47,466 bases of DNA from Trichosphaerium sp. ATCC 40318. Lineage: Eukaryota > Protista > Tubulinea. Made by a program: the position numbers and the translations under genes. A model generated the notes under the pieces. It was not told the DNA's origin. It ran no database searches and saw only the letters and a program-made list of their open reading frames with translations. Below are positions 1 through 13,595 of the stretch, piece after piece (position 1 is the first letter of the stretch; each line of letters begins with the position of its first letter). The stretch lies in NCBI GenBank assembly GCA_038496445.1, contig JALMLS010000136.1, positions 1-47,466 on the forward strand, given 5' to 3'.

Positions 1-2732
1 AAATATTTAAAACGTTGCATTAATAAAGATCAATAAACATGCAATGAGCTTGGACAAGCCAAAGAACATGAAAGTATCGGGAAAAAAATAATAAAAATTA
101 TAACTTACTTATCATCTATGCGTTGCTGTGCTTCACCATAAGTAAAGGCACGCCTTGAGCATATTACAGTACGACAAAACTCTGTTGATTTAATTTCTGC
201 TTCAGGCGTTATTTCCTAAACACAAATCAATGACTACCAAACAACACTTCGACATTCTTCTTGACATAAGCTCTTAAAAGTTAAAAAAGCAAAAAAAAAA
301 ATTTTTGGCTCCTGCAGAAGGAAGAACTACGTTGAAATATCCGTAGAACGCCATCCAAGAAGCCGTATCACTCCTGTTCGGTTTATAGAAACACCAAGTA
401 ATCATTGACGAGAAAAACGTGATGGCAATAATAACGTACCCACATTACAGAAAAAGCAACACGATCTACTTTCTCTCTCAAAGAACAAATATTTGTTGAT
501 AAAGCAGAAGGAAGCATATCAATACGTCTATCAGCAAGGTAAACAGAAACACCACGTTTTGCTGCTTCCTTATCAAGAGGTGTATCTTCCTTGACATAAT
601 ATGTGACATCTGCAATATGTACGCCAACATTAAAGTTGCCATTCGGCAATTTGTATGCGTGTAAGGCATCATCTATATCTGTACAACCAATTGGATCAAT
701 AGAAACAATATTAAGGTGTCTTAAGTCTGTTCTAAATTCCATATCGGCTTCTGTTACTTCAAGACGTTCAGGAACACACTAAGGAATGTGAGTTTTCACT
801 TCAAAGAAAAAGAACAAATAAACAGGCAGTTATCTGTGTATACCTCTCTGACTTGTGGTGACCATTCTTGGTACCGGACATGGTGGGATACAAGTAGAGC
901 TTCTGCTTCTACATCTTTGTCACCTAAAATATAAATAAGAACAAGAACTCGATATCAAAAGGCTTCTAAACAACAATCACAGTTACTGTAGTTTCTGCCG
1001 CTTACGGAGCACCACTTAAAGGCAATTACCACATGTATACGCACCTGCATTACCAAGAAGTCTGACAAAATGACCATCAGGATACTTTGAGGTTCTAGAC
1101 CAACTATCAATACTGACAACAATCCGTTTATCTAGAACGTAACCAATTAGCTTATAACAAAGGCTCGTTTTCTTTTCAAAAAACGTACTTTCTAATTTAG
1201 CCCCTTGATTAGTAGTTATGCGCACTAATGGTACTGTCTGATCCGTGGACATGAATAAGAATTTTTTCTTATCTTTTGTAGTCGTGTCTCTGATCAAGGA
1301 GCCACAAAATCTGGTATGTCAAGGAACAAAGAAAAGAAACAAAAAATGTCACCTCCTGCAGAGGTGCGCAAGTAATTATATTCTCTGTAATCAAAGGATA
1401 CGCTCCCCACTTTCTTCTAATTATACCAACAACTCTAGCACTCGCAACTTTCTCTAATTCCCCTTGAATCTCATCATCTTCGTAATCATATATTTCAGCT
1501 CTTTTAATAATTTTTTGAGATTTAGATTTCCACTCTTCATTAGGCAATAATTGTACGGCAACAATATCACCATTAGTAGCTCTAAACATAATATATATCA
1601 GTACACCAAGAATCCAAAAAAAAAAGAAGCAGATGACCTCAGAGAAAAAACAAAAACAAGAAGAGATAAACGCACCTGTTGATATCCTTTAGACCACAAA
1701 CTAGAACCTCCCTGTTATCTACATATACACTACCTTGCATAGCATTATCATGAGATAAACGAAAACCACCCTGTCTGTATTTTCCACTCATTAATCCATC
1801 CTTGATCTCAACAGGGTTGGCATGCTGCGAATGAAAGTCAAAACAACATGCCAACTACAAGAACAAAAAAAAAACTAGCTCTGTTCTTACCTTTGGAAAT
1901 ACAATCTCAGCGTTGTCCATATCAACATCTAACTCATCGGTAACTCTAGGCCTTACAACAATATCCATTATTTCAGGATCATTGAGGTCCTGAGCGTACT
2001 CCCAAACTAAATATACGTTAGTGTTGTCCAACAAATGTCACACGCATTAAATACGGTCCAACGAATGTTCCATAAGCTCTCATAGCGTATAAACGCCGAT
2101 ATACAAATACGTACTTGTTTTTGCGTTTAATCCTGCCTCTACAGCTCGGGCTTTGTTGGCTTTGTCATTTGTTAACAGAATGACGTCGATAGAAGGCAAA
2201 TGCGAAGTGTACCACTGAGTGGCAGTTCGTATGGCTCTATCATTTCTGTCATTTGGCGATTCGCCACGCAGTGGATCGACATACGTTCCCCTAGGGTAGT
2301 TTTAATGGCTACTGGGATTTTTTGAGAAAATGCAAATATTATTCTCTTTTTCCGTTGCGTTTGTATTTTTTTAGCGTAGAGAGGGTCGTACTTGTGGTGT
2401 TCGTTGGAAAATACATAGAATCTTTGTTTATTTGCAATTAATTCGCGTAACCGCTCTTTAGTATGTCGTGACTGATGTCCCACCTCCTCGATGACAGTTT
2501 GAAGTATTATTACGTTTTCAATCTTTGGGTGTTCAATAAAATCGATTTGGTGTAGCACTACATTGGTGTCCAGTATCAAATAAGGACCAGAATCGCCTAA
2601 TTTCCCACCACCGTAGCATTTTTTACAAATTGGAGAACCACACCATATATCTTCACGTAAGTAGTGCTCTTTTATTGTTCGTATGATTTTCTTCCTTCTG
2701 GTCACACGAGTGACGGCCTTACGGCGCAACAT
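1..2732 (-). CDS. DIS3: Exosome catalytic subunit DIS3/RRP44 (PIN + CSD + RNB), multi-exon, 3' end runs off the window
   Basis: N-terminus [20 protein letters not shown]; PIN motif [22 protein letters not shown]; FSNEHH|..[12 protein letters not shown]; [13 protein letters not shown]; RNB motif [38 protein letters not shown] at 2732; GT-AG introns join the ORF-track pieces. Confidence 0.95.
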
Positions 2733-3074
2733 ACGAAAAAAATAACAAAAAACAAAGAACACGACAACACTTTGACTAAAAAATGTCACTCTACAAAAAT
2801 GCTTAAAATTACCGTAATCCATTGTCCACAAGTTTTTTTATTAATTTACAAACTTTTTTTGTTTTTCTCAGTGCGATGACAGCGAGTTTACTTTTTTTTT
2901 TTTTTGCAAAAACGGAATGTCACTCCACGCGAAAACGTACATGAAAAAAACTCCACGTGATACCTAATAAGTCATAGAACACCCAAAATTACTTCATACA
3001 TAATATCAATTATCACGTGACTTTGACAAGCCACAAATTTTTTTCCATATTTTCCTTTCGGTTTTTCAAGTTAT

Positions 3075-3899
3075 TCATGATTTATTCGTAGGCCTCTCAA
3101 GTAATAAACCAAACTTTTTGATACTATCCCAATCAAGATCTCTTATTTTATATCCTTTATGTATCATAGGCTTAATCTTTGTCCTGAACCACATCTCCTC
3201 AGGAGCGCATCTCTCCATTTCTAAAAATTCTTGAACTGTAAATTTTTGCTCTACAGGGTCTGCGTAAGGAACCAAAACACACTCTTTTGGTGGTTCTGAA
3301 TCAGAAAGGGAATTTGTTAGTTTTGGAGGTTTAATCTTTCTTAGAGAAGCAGCTAAGAACGTCTGCAAGTCAACCAGTTGATAATACTCCGCCTCAATGA
3401 TTAAAGATTGAATTTCTCTTAAAGATAAATCAGGCAGTGTCTTATTTCTTAGCCAGTTAAGGATATGATGAAAATATGTAGGATCACGGTCTATAAAGAC
3501 ACTATTTGTTGAAGTATCCTTTTCAAGCTTAAATCGACCTACATGCAATGTTTAGAGAGTTATTGTAGCGCGTGACGGCTGAAAAGTGTCGTTTTGTGTT
3601 GAAATAAATAGTTCGGAGTAAAACTGTTGTTTACACACCAGAAAACATGGCGCTGAGCATGCTATTTGATACAGCCTTTAACGTGGTTGATGTAGTAGTA
3701 AATAATTGACCTCCAACGTCTAAAAAGGTACTTTAGTATTACGAGCGTGCTGTCGGTAAAAATTACAAGCGTTATGGGAAGGGTAAAAAAGAATTGATGC
3801 ATTTTTAGTTTTAGTTTTGTTTGTACTTAGTTTCACGATAGTTGACTGATTCTTCGATGTATATTTACTCTTGTGCTTGTGGTTGTCGTTTATTGACAT
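3075..3899 (-). CDS. BTB/POZ (KCTD/T1-type) domain protein, 3 exons
   Basis: Spliced reading MSIND..IVKLN|VGGQLFTTTSTTLKAVSNSMLSAMFSG|RF..VFIDRDPTYFHHILNWLR..EAEYYQL, the canonical KCTD BTB signature. Confidence 0.9.
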
Positions 3900-4337
3900 T
3901 TTATTTAAACGACGCTACCAAAAAACGTAGGAGCTGCTTAAAACGGTTGAACCTGAGTTTGAGAACACTGAGATCTATTGTATTACTGTGTTTTGTATTT
4001 TAAGCAGAATTAAGTATTGACTGACAAATTCGCCAAAAAAACTTAACAAACGGATTTAGTCAAAAGGATCTAAGCGGCCTTATCTACGCCCTGCAAGTCA
4101 ACGCCAGACAATAAACAATAGTCAAAAGGTCACTCCCTTGTATTCTTATCAACATGTTTCGCACGTTTCATTGTTTGATAGAGTTGACAAAGTAGTATAG
4201 GCACGTCTAGGCGTTTTTTTCTGAATAAAAAAAAACAAATCGTTTGTTGCAGCTACGCCAAAAAGGATTTATTTTAGCAAACAAAGTATATGTGTACAAT
4301 CGGGACAACTCGTAATTCATTTTCTGACTCGAATATT

Positions 4338-5699
4338 TTAAAATCCTCCATAGTTACGACCACCATGCTTTTGACGCGATTTACGACCACCCCTTTTAAA
4401 AACAGAGTGTTAGAATAAAAAGAAAAAATAAACAAAAAAAAAGTGCTCACTTTCTTCCTTTTCTGCTCTTTAGATTACCCATCATCATATCGTCATAACC
4501 AGGTGCGTCACCCATGCCATCATCCATAACAGCCTATTACGGTTAGAACCTCTAAGTTGTAGAATACTAAAACGTCGGACTAGCGAGTAGTTTTCAAATT
4601 TTTTTTAAAATGACATACTTTGATATTCTTTTTAATTTCTGAAATACGCTCTTCGTAAGCAGCAGCGGCTTTTTTAGCACGCTCTTGTTCTGTTATGCCC
4701 CAGTGGACCTTTGCTTTAATGTCTTTCATCAAAGATTCGGAGTTGGTTACCCTAGAGAAGTTGGTATAAGCGCATATGTAACCGCTTTAAAAATGAGCTC
4801 TTACCAAGTTTCCAATTTTGAAAGAAGAGCGCCAATCTCTTCTGGACGTACATCACGTGCTAATTAAGGTATCAGTGACGTTCCAAGAGTAAAACAAAGG
4901 CAAAGAAATGAAAATGGTTTTTCTCGCGTACAAATGACAGTTTCTACTTGTAACTGAGAGTGCTCTTGATCTAATTTTGCTACCAACACACCCTAAACAA
5001 ACGTCAAAAGAAGAGCAAAAAAAAAAAGGTAATTGTTTGAGCTACAAACCTGGTAAATGGACTCAATAATCAAATCTTCCAAGTCACGAAGATTGGGAAT
5101 AGCGAGTTCTTTTAATAACATCGTATAAGCGAGTGTCTGTACAAAGCGTTAAAATTGCGACCCGTTATTGCTACAAAAGTATTGCTGCGTAAATATGTCG
5201 CGGTACAACGTACTCTGTTTGTTGAGGCTAGACCAGCGATGGTAAGTTGTCTAAGCTTTAGTAATTGCGCTTCAGTAAGCTTTGGTAGGTCGTCGCGTTC
5301 TGTAGAGAGTGTTGGTGTTCGTTGAATACAACAAGAAGAAAATAAAAGTTAAATAGACAGTTAATCACTGTAAGCCAGCGATCATCAACTACGTACTTGT
5401 GTAATCGCTGTAGAGTCCGTAGGCAAAAATTTCTAACAGCTCATGGTAGAGCTTAGGCTCACCTGTGGCAGTTTTCATCTGTGTTTTAAAGATCAGAGAA
5501 GTGTCTTGGTTGTATTGTCGCGTACGGCCTTTATGTTATCCATTGCAAGCAACTCACCGAATACAAAAAGATTTGGTGCGCTCAGAGCCTGTTTAATGAC
5601 TTGTTGAAGCGCTGAAGCGGATTTTGTGGACTTGGCCATAATAACGAACGGTTGGACATGTTGACCGCTTGAGAGCTCTTTAATACTTACAGCTGCCAT
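4338..5699 (-). CDS. CSN7: COP9 signalosome subunit 7 (PCI domain), multi-exon
   Basis: FVIMAKS..ALQQVIKQALSAPNLFVFGELL, LLEIFAYGLYSDY, LPKLTEAQLLKLRQLT, LLKELAIPNLRDLEDLIIE, GVLVAKLDQ; Gly-rich C-terminus ending ..GRNYGGF* at 4338. Confidence 0.88.
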
Positions 5700-5920
5700 G
5701 TTGCGTATACTCAAATTTTACTGGACGACTGAATAACACAAATACAAAAGTCTTTGAAATTAAACAAAACGGATTTGCTGAAAAACTAAGTCTCAGTCAA
5801 CTAATCTGTTGAGCCGATCGCATGGCGAGTGACTGGTTTATTTGTAGTGGTACAATTAACCACATTGATCCGACAAAAAAAATAAAGACCTTATCTTTGT
5901 CTTTATGTATTATACATTTC

Positions 5921-6902
5921 CTAAGTGCGTGGAGGCTGTGGTGGGATTGGTGGTAGTGTACGTTTCTCATTTAGTGGTAAAACAGGCAAGCTTTGATCAC
6001 CTTTAATAACTGTTAGTCATTGTAATGGAAAAATTCAAGTAGTACGTCTTGGTTCTAAATGACCTGTAACTGACACTTCTTCATCAATAGATGAATCGTT
6101 GTGATCACCTTCAGTATCGCTCAGAAGATGTTCTATCGTCATAGGTGGATCATCTTGAAGTATTTGTTAGCGATAATGTGATGGAAAGAACATAACAGAA
6201 AAAAAGCACAAATTGACATACATGACTCTCGTCGTTCTGTTGAGTGCTCTGGAGACTCAACGACATCTATGTCGTTATTATATTGCCTCATTTCGTTTGC
6301 TGACAGGCCAAGATCAGTAGGATCATTAGGCGGTGATGTGACGTATGATTTTTGAGTGGCGACAGGCATTTGTAGTTGTGATGTTGTTTCATCTTCAAAT
6401 TTCATTTCTGTTTGTTCTTCGTGGTCATTAAAACCACTCTGCCCAGGCGATCTAGGTCCAGACGCATCTGTAGTTACGGGTAGTGTTGTTTGTGGTGGAC
6501 CTGTGTCCCTTTTACCCATGAGTTTGTCCATGGCGTTCTGTAGAGCATCTTGTATGCCTAATGGCGTATTAATAAACAATTGCCTTTTACATCTAATCAA
6601 CACGTTTTGTTTTTATCTTCGAACACAGTGGAAATATTGGTTATTAGAGTGAGAATGAGTAATGTACCTGCGCACATAGCCAACATCAGTACAATACCGA
6701 ATGCAAGACATGTAAGTACGATAATAAACGGCATTACGTTGTTGTACTGTTTATCTATGCGGTTTTAGTACGCTATTATTGTTAATATGTTTGTACCTTC
6801 AATAATTGTGGCACTATACGCTCTACTTTGTCGACGTATTGGCGTAGATAATACACCTACTATAAACAATATAATACATAATACAATAACTGTGTTACTC
6901 AT
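5921..6902 (-). CDS. Putative type-I membrane protein (signal peptide, hydrophobic TM segment, low-complexity acidic tail ending in a Pro-rich motif)
   Basis: MSNTVIVLCIILFIVGVLS.. at 6902; TM-like VMPFIIVLTCLAFGIVLMLAMCA; ORF 6139-6603 forms the cytoplasmic tail; ends ..LPPIPPQPPRT* at 5921. Internal splice sites are approximate. Confidence 0.55.
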
Positions 6903-7298
6903 TTTCAGCGCCCTAATAGGTGTTACACCGTAATTATTGACCTCATAGAGCGAATGGGGTACTGATTGGGCTTATACAGCGCAACAGTGCAAATGCGGAA
7001 AGGAGGTTCGAAACAAGCCAGTCTGTTACTACGTAAAGGGAAATACGCACCTGCCTTACTGATTTGAGTACTTTTCTGTTATTATACGTTGTGACACAAT
7101 GAAAATCATTGACTCTGTCTGTTGCTCAGCGTCAATAAAAATGTCAAAGTTGACTCAACTCTAGAAAACTGACTCAAGAAACTTTGCTTCTGTGCAAAAC
7201 TGGATGCAACACGTGTTAGTAAACTCAAACACACGGAACACAAATGACAGAGAAGAACTTTGTTTGTCTTTGTAAGGTGCGTTTTATTCGAAGTTTTC

Positions 7299-9476
7299 TT
7301 AAAATTCTACGTCATTTACAAATCTTCGTATCATATCATAAGCACGGCGAGGCTGTAGCAATCCAATTAGCACTTTATGTTGTATTTCAAAAAAAGAGAC
7401 AAGGTTATCACGTACTTGATCTTGTGGTACCAAATGTCCAGCATCTCTTACAACAACTTGAGTGAACTTGTTTACATTGCGAGCAAAACCAGCAACCTGT
7501 TGAAGGAAAAAAATAAGAACACATGACAACCATTAAGTTTTGTAATTTTTTGTTCGTTCTTACCTCAACGTCTTTAGTATCTACTTTCCATATCTTCTTT
7601 TGCGCTTTAACATAAGCTGCTCTTCCACTCCAGTTGAGTTGTCTCAAAAAATTCTCACAAACTGGTGCTGACAGGATGATATCATTTTGGCCGTTGTAGA
7701 TAAGAACTTTGTAGTTTTCAAGCAAAGGTACTAGATAATCAGTAACGCTAACCATCCAATCGTTTACCAAAAACTTTTCAACTATTGGAGGAGTTAGGCA
7801 ATCGAATGAATAATAATTGACTTTTTTTTGAGTTTAACTGTAGACATACCAGATGAGTTGTATGGCTGAAAGCCGTATGTGCCAACATGAAGAGCATCTT
7901 TGTTCTCTTGTTTTTGAAGGAATTTATCATATGGATTTGGAGGGTAGATTGGAGAGCGGATGTTGAAGTAATCAGCAGTGCCAGTTATGTTTCTAAAACA
8001 AAAAATAAGAATTCATATTCCACATGAAGACTAAGCGCCTATGTTGTGCTATAGGCACTAATTCAAACAAATATGATTCTTTCGTTTTAGTTTACCTGAA
8101 ATACGGTGGGTATGGGTAAAAATCTCCGTTAATCATTTCATCAAAGACAAGGAACGCTTTGTAGAATTCCTTTTGTTTGATATGTACTTCAATCTGTGCT
8201 TCATATTCTTGAATCTTTACCATTTCGTTGTAGTCTGCAATACCAGCCCAGAAAGCGAGTGTACCGAGGCCCTATTTAAGATAGAGTTAAGTTCAAAACG
8301 TTTTTTGTGGATTTCTTGTAGAAAAAAGCAAAATAAAACGTTACCTGTGTTTGTGTCAAAGGATCCATCATACCATCACCAATAGAGATACCCTTAAGGT
8401 TGATACGTTTTTTGGCACTTGGGTTTTTAATATGGATAGTATAACCTGTAGCTGGTATATATTTTCCAGCATAAGACTCTCCTAGTGAAGAAAAAAGAAA
8501 TCAGTGAAAAAAAAACTAAACGGTTTATTTGATTGTCCTAAATTTTTGTTTCTCGTTCTTGAGAGTATGCCAAAGTTTCATTGGTTGCGTAGATAGTAAA
8601 ACCCGTACCTGTGATATAGAAATCATTTGATCTGTAGTCCTCAAAAACTTCGAAAAATTGGTAGAGAGCTTCGTACCTAAAAAATCACAAAATGTCAGTA
8701 AAAGGATTTAAACGTGTCACTACGAGGTTTGACGTACAAGTTTGCGCCTACTTCTGCTTCGTTTGTGACAAATCCACTATCACTTCCAGTGAAACTGAAT
8801 CCTAAGACAGTACGGGTTAGATAAACTACAAAACTGACATGTTTTTATATTCACTCATTTATGTAGCGAAAGGTTGTTTAAAATGATTTGTACCAACGCC
8901 AACTGGGTTATCAATGTATACAACGTTAAATTGTTTAGTCCAGGAGTATGGTTTTCCTGTTAGAGTAGTTGCATCAGCTTCTACTCTAAATGGACCATTT
9001 TCATTAAATAGACCGTCCAATGATGTGTAACCTGGACCGCCCTAGCGTGTAGGTGAGAAAAACCTTTTTTGGTGTCTTTCAAATTTGGAAAACATTTAGG
9101 ACATTTCTTTGGCCTAATCATTCGCGTACGTTTAGCCATAACAATACTGGCTTGTCTTGAGCGTTTTCGCATTCACAAGGAAAGAACCAAAAGAACATGT
9201 TGCTATCCGTTGTTGAGTTCACTGTAAAGTACCCAGAGTAACTCTCAATGCCTCCAAGCGTTACTTTACTGTATGAACATAATTAGGCGTTTAATATCAC
9301 AAATACGCATACCTGAGAGATCTAGCGGTCGCAGCGTCATTTGGGAGGTATTGTGTGAGGAATAGTGGCTCCGAGGCAGCTAATACCGCGCCTATATGTG
9401 TTATATTCGCGTTTAGGTTGTATTACGTACTCAGGGCGCACAAACTAAGGAGAAAGGTGATAAGATGCGTCGCCAT
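7299..9476 (-). CDS. Serine carboxypeptidase S10 (CPVL-like), secreted/lysosomal, multi-exon
   Basis: Signal peptide MATHLITFLLSLCAL; SYSGYFTV, GGPG..SLDGLFNENGPF, VVYIDNPVGVG, GESYAGKYIP (catalytic Ser), GISIGDG, YNGQNDII (Asp), AGHLVPQDQ (His). Confidence 0.93.
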
Positions 9477-10443
9477 TCTTATTTAATCAGGATAATATTC
9501 AATGCATGCCTTAATGCCATTATTGATAGTTCTAGCGCTGTAAACAGCCTTTATGGCTGTACTACATGTAATTACACTTTGTACATGGTAAAAATTTGCT
9601 GTACAATAGTATATTGTAACTCGTTCCTTCAGACACAACGTTCGCTGTTACAGAAACTCTTGGGAAACCTTTTTGGTATGAATGTAAAAATAATTCCATA
9701 CAACTTGTGGCAAAGTAAATCCTTTCTAGCTGGCGCCTAGTAAACTTATATTTAACATTCTACAACCATCTATGTTCGCTCAACGAACTATTTCAGTGAT
9801 ATGAAAAGGGAGCTGTTGCTGTGGCGCAGTCGAGGGTTTTTTGGGAAACAAACACCATTTTAAAGCGTCGAGATTTACAGATGTTGCTGTGATCACTGTA
9901 CGATAGCCTATTATGCCTTTGAAGTGTTGTCTTTACAGGATTCTAACCTAGTTTTTTCTCAGAGTGATAAATCATGCCCATGCTAGTTGCCAGAGTCAAT
10001 TCTAACAGCAGATTCTATTATTCGTTGTTGGTTTTCAAAACGTCTTCATTAGACACCAGGGCAAAGATAATACCCCTAACAAGGTCTGACGCAACACCCA
10101 TTTGGTGGAGACTAAGTAAATTGACGGTTTAGATATGGTAGCTGGTATGTGGAGAATATTTTGAGAAAAAAAGAAAGAACTTTTGAGTTTTCTACAAAAC
10201 ACGTGGTTCGTTTTTACTTTTTTTTTGGATAAAATCTAACACGTGTCGGAAGGGCCTCTCAGAACCACACAATACAATGTTACAGGTGACGGTTGTTGTG
10301 AACTCAAACACCTTGCTTGTACTGATTGCCGGCTTTACTATGATTAAAGTTGACCCAGGTATAGAGCGTTAGAAATAAGTGATCACATAAACAATTAATC
10401 CCAATACTGTCAATCCTTTTATTGGATGATACAGTTTTGCAAG

Positions 10444-12682
10444 TTAAAAATATTTTCGCTTGTAAAATTTGGAGAACATTTCACTGGTGTACTTGCTCCC
10501 ATAGTCGCCTCCATCCACCTAATAGCGCATTATACAACATCCAGATGTTTTATATTAAATACGTACCGAGGTACCATGTAATTGAGGGAAACGACCAACA
10601 CCATCACTAGGATCAGTATCTTTAATGCAGCCTAACAACAATAAAAAAACTCCAGAAGCTCCACGTGATTGACATTTGTACCTCCTTTCCCGTCAGGTCC
10701 AAAATGAATGCCATCAGGTTCTATGTACTTGCATGAATAAAAACCTTGTTCTAGATTAGCGACTGAGAGAAACAACTAATAATACTGACCCCCTTCGCTA
10801 CCACATGCTTTTGTATAGTTCGCACTTGAACAAGGATTTCCATTACAACTACCCAGCAATGGTGCACAATCATCTAACGCCATTAGTTTACTTACAATTA
10901 GTGTCGCTAATTATACATGCCTGGTTGAGCCCAAGCGCCATGGTATACCCACCTCTCAACATAAGAAGAGTAAGCGGGATAGTTCCAAGTAGTTTCAATA
11001 TCAGAAATTAAATTCATAATCAGGGCTGCAGCTTTCCATGGCTTTTAAAAAAAATAAGTATTCCTTCAATAAGATAACTTAATATGTACTTGTGAGTTAC
11101 AACAGAATTGATAAAAAGAAGTTGGATATGCACCACCATCAATTAGTCTGTAAGGGTCAGCGCAAATCCTACTAAAAGATGAGCTACATGAAGCGTGATT
11201 TGTACTACTGAGCCCATGTTCATCAACGTGCCTGTTACCGTCTCCTGTTACTGAAACCTTCCAATACTCTTCCTCTGAACAACCTACTTCCAATCCCCAT
11301 AAGCCCACTTGATTATTTGCAGTCCCAAAGTAACACTCCTGACTGCCAGTTAGCGTCTACGCAAAACAGCGACAAAACATACTGCATCTTCTTGAAATAC
11401 GTTTAACTTCTGTCCGACATTGCTTGATATTAAGGACTTCAATTCTGTATCATGTAGGAGCCATGCTGTAATAGCCAGAGGAAGTTTCCTTCCTTCATCA
11501 TGACCACCATTAGCTGGCCACTGTGCAACAAAAAGTAAGGAAATAGAGATGTTCTTAAACAGCACCAACCTTCATTCCGTTTCTGAGCATTGAAGCAAAA
11601 TCAATTCCAGCTTGCAGATACCTCACTACTCCACATAGACCAATAGATGACGATAAAACATCAGACTCCATTATGCGTATACCGGCTTGTCCAGTAGCAA
11701 CAGCGATATCAGCGCCCTAGAAGGACATACAAGTAAGTAAGTGAAGACACATTCACATATAAACTACGAACGTATGCTGGCATGTTTTGGATAGGATGCA
11801 TCTTACGCCCTTCGCTATTATTGTAAATTCATGAGAGTCTTGTAAAAGTACAAGTTACATACAAGTTTGTCCTGTGATCCAACTGAACCTTCTCAAACTG
11901 GTTTGCAACATAAGATAAATCGAGAGGGTTTGAAATGCCAGAAGTATCAAGTTTAAGCAACAAACTGGCGTCAACAGATGTTGTACTGATTTTTTTCTTA
12001 TCTTTACCAAAGTAACCGGGTCTAAACGAAAGAGATCCATTGTTTGGCGGAATTGTCTTCACGACCGTTAACACTGCGAAAGAGTTTGTTTCATTTCATC
12101 ACAGGTTTACTTAGTACTAACCTGTTGCTACTTCAAGGCAAGGTCTGCACTCCCCTGGCGCTACACTCACTGTTTTTACAACGGATGAATCACCTGAGAG
12201 GTATATTAGTACTTTAAATCGTTCTTCATACTTACCTTCAACTATCAAAGGTAGCTTTGGCACAAGGGATGCGTTAAAAGTCGAAATACGACTATCAAAT
12301 CCGTTCTGGAAGATTGAGCTTGGGTTTACTTCAAAACCATTTGCTGTCCCTTGAAGAAAAAAAATTAATCACGTGTTACGAAAAGTTTTTTGAAAAAAAG
12401 GCGAAATGACGTGCCAGTAAAGTCTGGGGTTATTTGAGTGATAGTGATAGGTCCAAGGACCCAGAAGTCGCCGTTTGCGTACTGGCCAACTGTGTAAACG
12501 GTGTCAAAGACAAAAGTCATATTGTACTGCGTCACAGAGCGCAACCTTTGCGGTTGTGATAATCCCGGGCACTTTTATTATTAAAAGTTAGTACGACTAG
12601 TTAATTAATATGCATGGTGTACTTGAAGGTTTACTGCTACACAAACTGCAACAAGAGTATAAAGCAAAAGAGTTGTTTTCAT
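10444..12682 (-). CDS. Secreted protein of unknown function resembling an uncharacterised bacterial family, multi-exon
   Basis: Signal MKTTLLLYTLVAVCVA; spliced motifs SVTQYNMTFVFDTVYTVGQYANGDFWVLGP, NGFDSR, VLTVV..FRPGYFG, HPIQNMPAYG, QAGID, WPANGGHDEGRKLP, DPYRLIDGG..YQFCC, YVERWV, GRFPQLHG; stop at 10444. Confidence 0.75.
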
Positions 12683-12741
12683 TGGAACTTTCTTGTCAAA
12701 AAACAATATTAAGTGACAACAGCTTGAAACCGTTGTGTTTT

Positions 12742-13029
12742 CTAAACACTAGTAGCTGCTTTTTTTACCCCTTTAGTAGAGAATTTAAACGATTTGAACT
12801 GTAATGTTCCACAAGAACGGACAAACAAAACGTGCGGTGTTTTGTATGAGATTGACAGTAATCCTTCACCGTGAAACATTGAAAAAAATAGCCCAGACAA
12901 GCGAGTATCACGTGATAGCTGCTCCACAACCATAAATTGTTCACCTTCTGTTCCAACTAACAACAAAGTGCGACCAGTCAGTTTCTGCACTTTATAAAAC
13001 ATTAACTGCTTTAAATATTCGTTATCCAT
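12742..13029 (-). CDS. Small hypothetical protein or gene fragment (95 aa)
   Basis: ATG-initiated ORF with protein-like composition; no recognisable motif. Confidence 0.3.
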   Translation of the reverse strand: MDNEYLKQLMFYKVQKLTGRTLLLVGTEGEQFMVVEQLSRDTRLSGLFFSMFHGEGLLSISYKTPHVLFVRSCGTLQFKSFKFSTKGVKKAATSV

Positions 13030-13595
13030 GTTCTAGTAAGCGGCTATGATGTTCACAAAGTATGGGAAACATTGAATTAAAAACCATTTTTCAGTGAGGT
13101 TTGCATGAGCAGTATTCCAATACAATGTCAATACATGAAGGTGATTTATTCAAAATTAGACCAATACCTCAATCCCAACAAAAGCGGTGCAAGACGATCT
13201 GGAGGAAAGGAACACACGGTCCCTGGCCGATAGCTCTGGCGCAGAGCGAGCATGTGTGAGGTTTATTTACAAAACATGATCGCGAATGCAATAAAATACA
13301 AACAGAGAAAAGAAATTTTTTTTTTTATTTAAAAAAAGGGTGGTAGTGGGAGGGTGATTTCTGCTTGCTATCGTATAAACCTGCTTGAGTCGGTTGTCTG
13401 TCTTTGTTGTATCAGTCCAGTTTGTTCAAACGCCTGAAATGTCTCACATGTTCAGACATGAATTTACAAGTATGTCTCAAGGGTAACACTTGTCTCCATC
13501 AACGTAATATTGCGGAATACTCTGCAACGTATGTGGTTCAAGTCTATATCACAGCCTGCTTCATAACCCGTCGACAGCTTAACTTGGTCTGTTAC

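Noticed and set aside
1-12682. Many in-frame stops suggesting an alternative genetic code
   Set aside because: The stops fall within short introns; the spliced frames I traced are open under the standard code.
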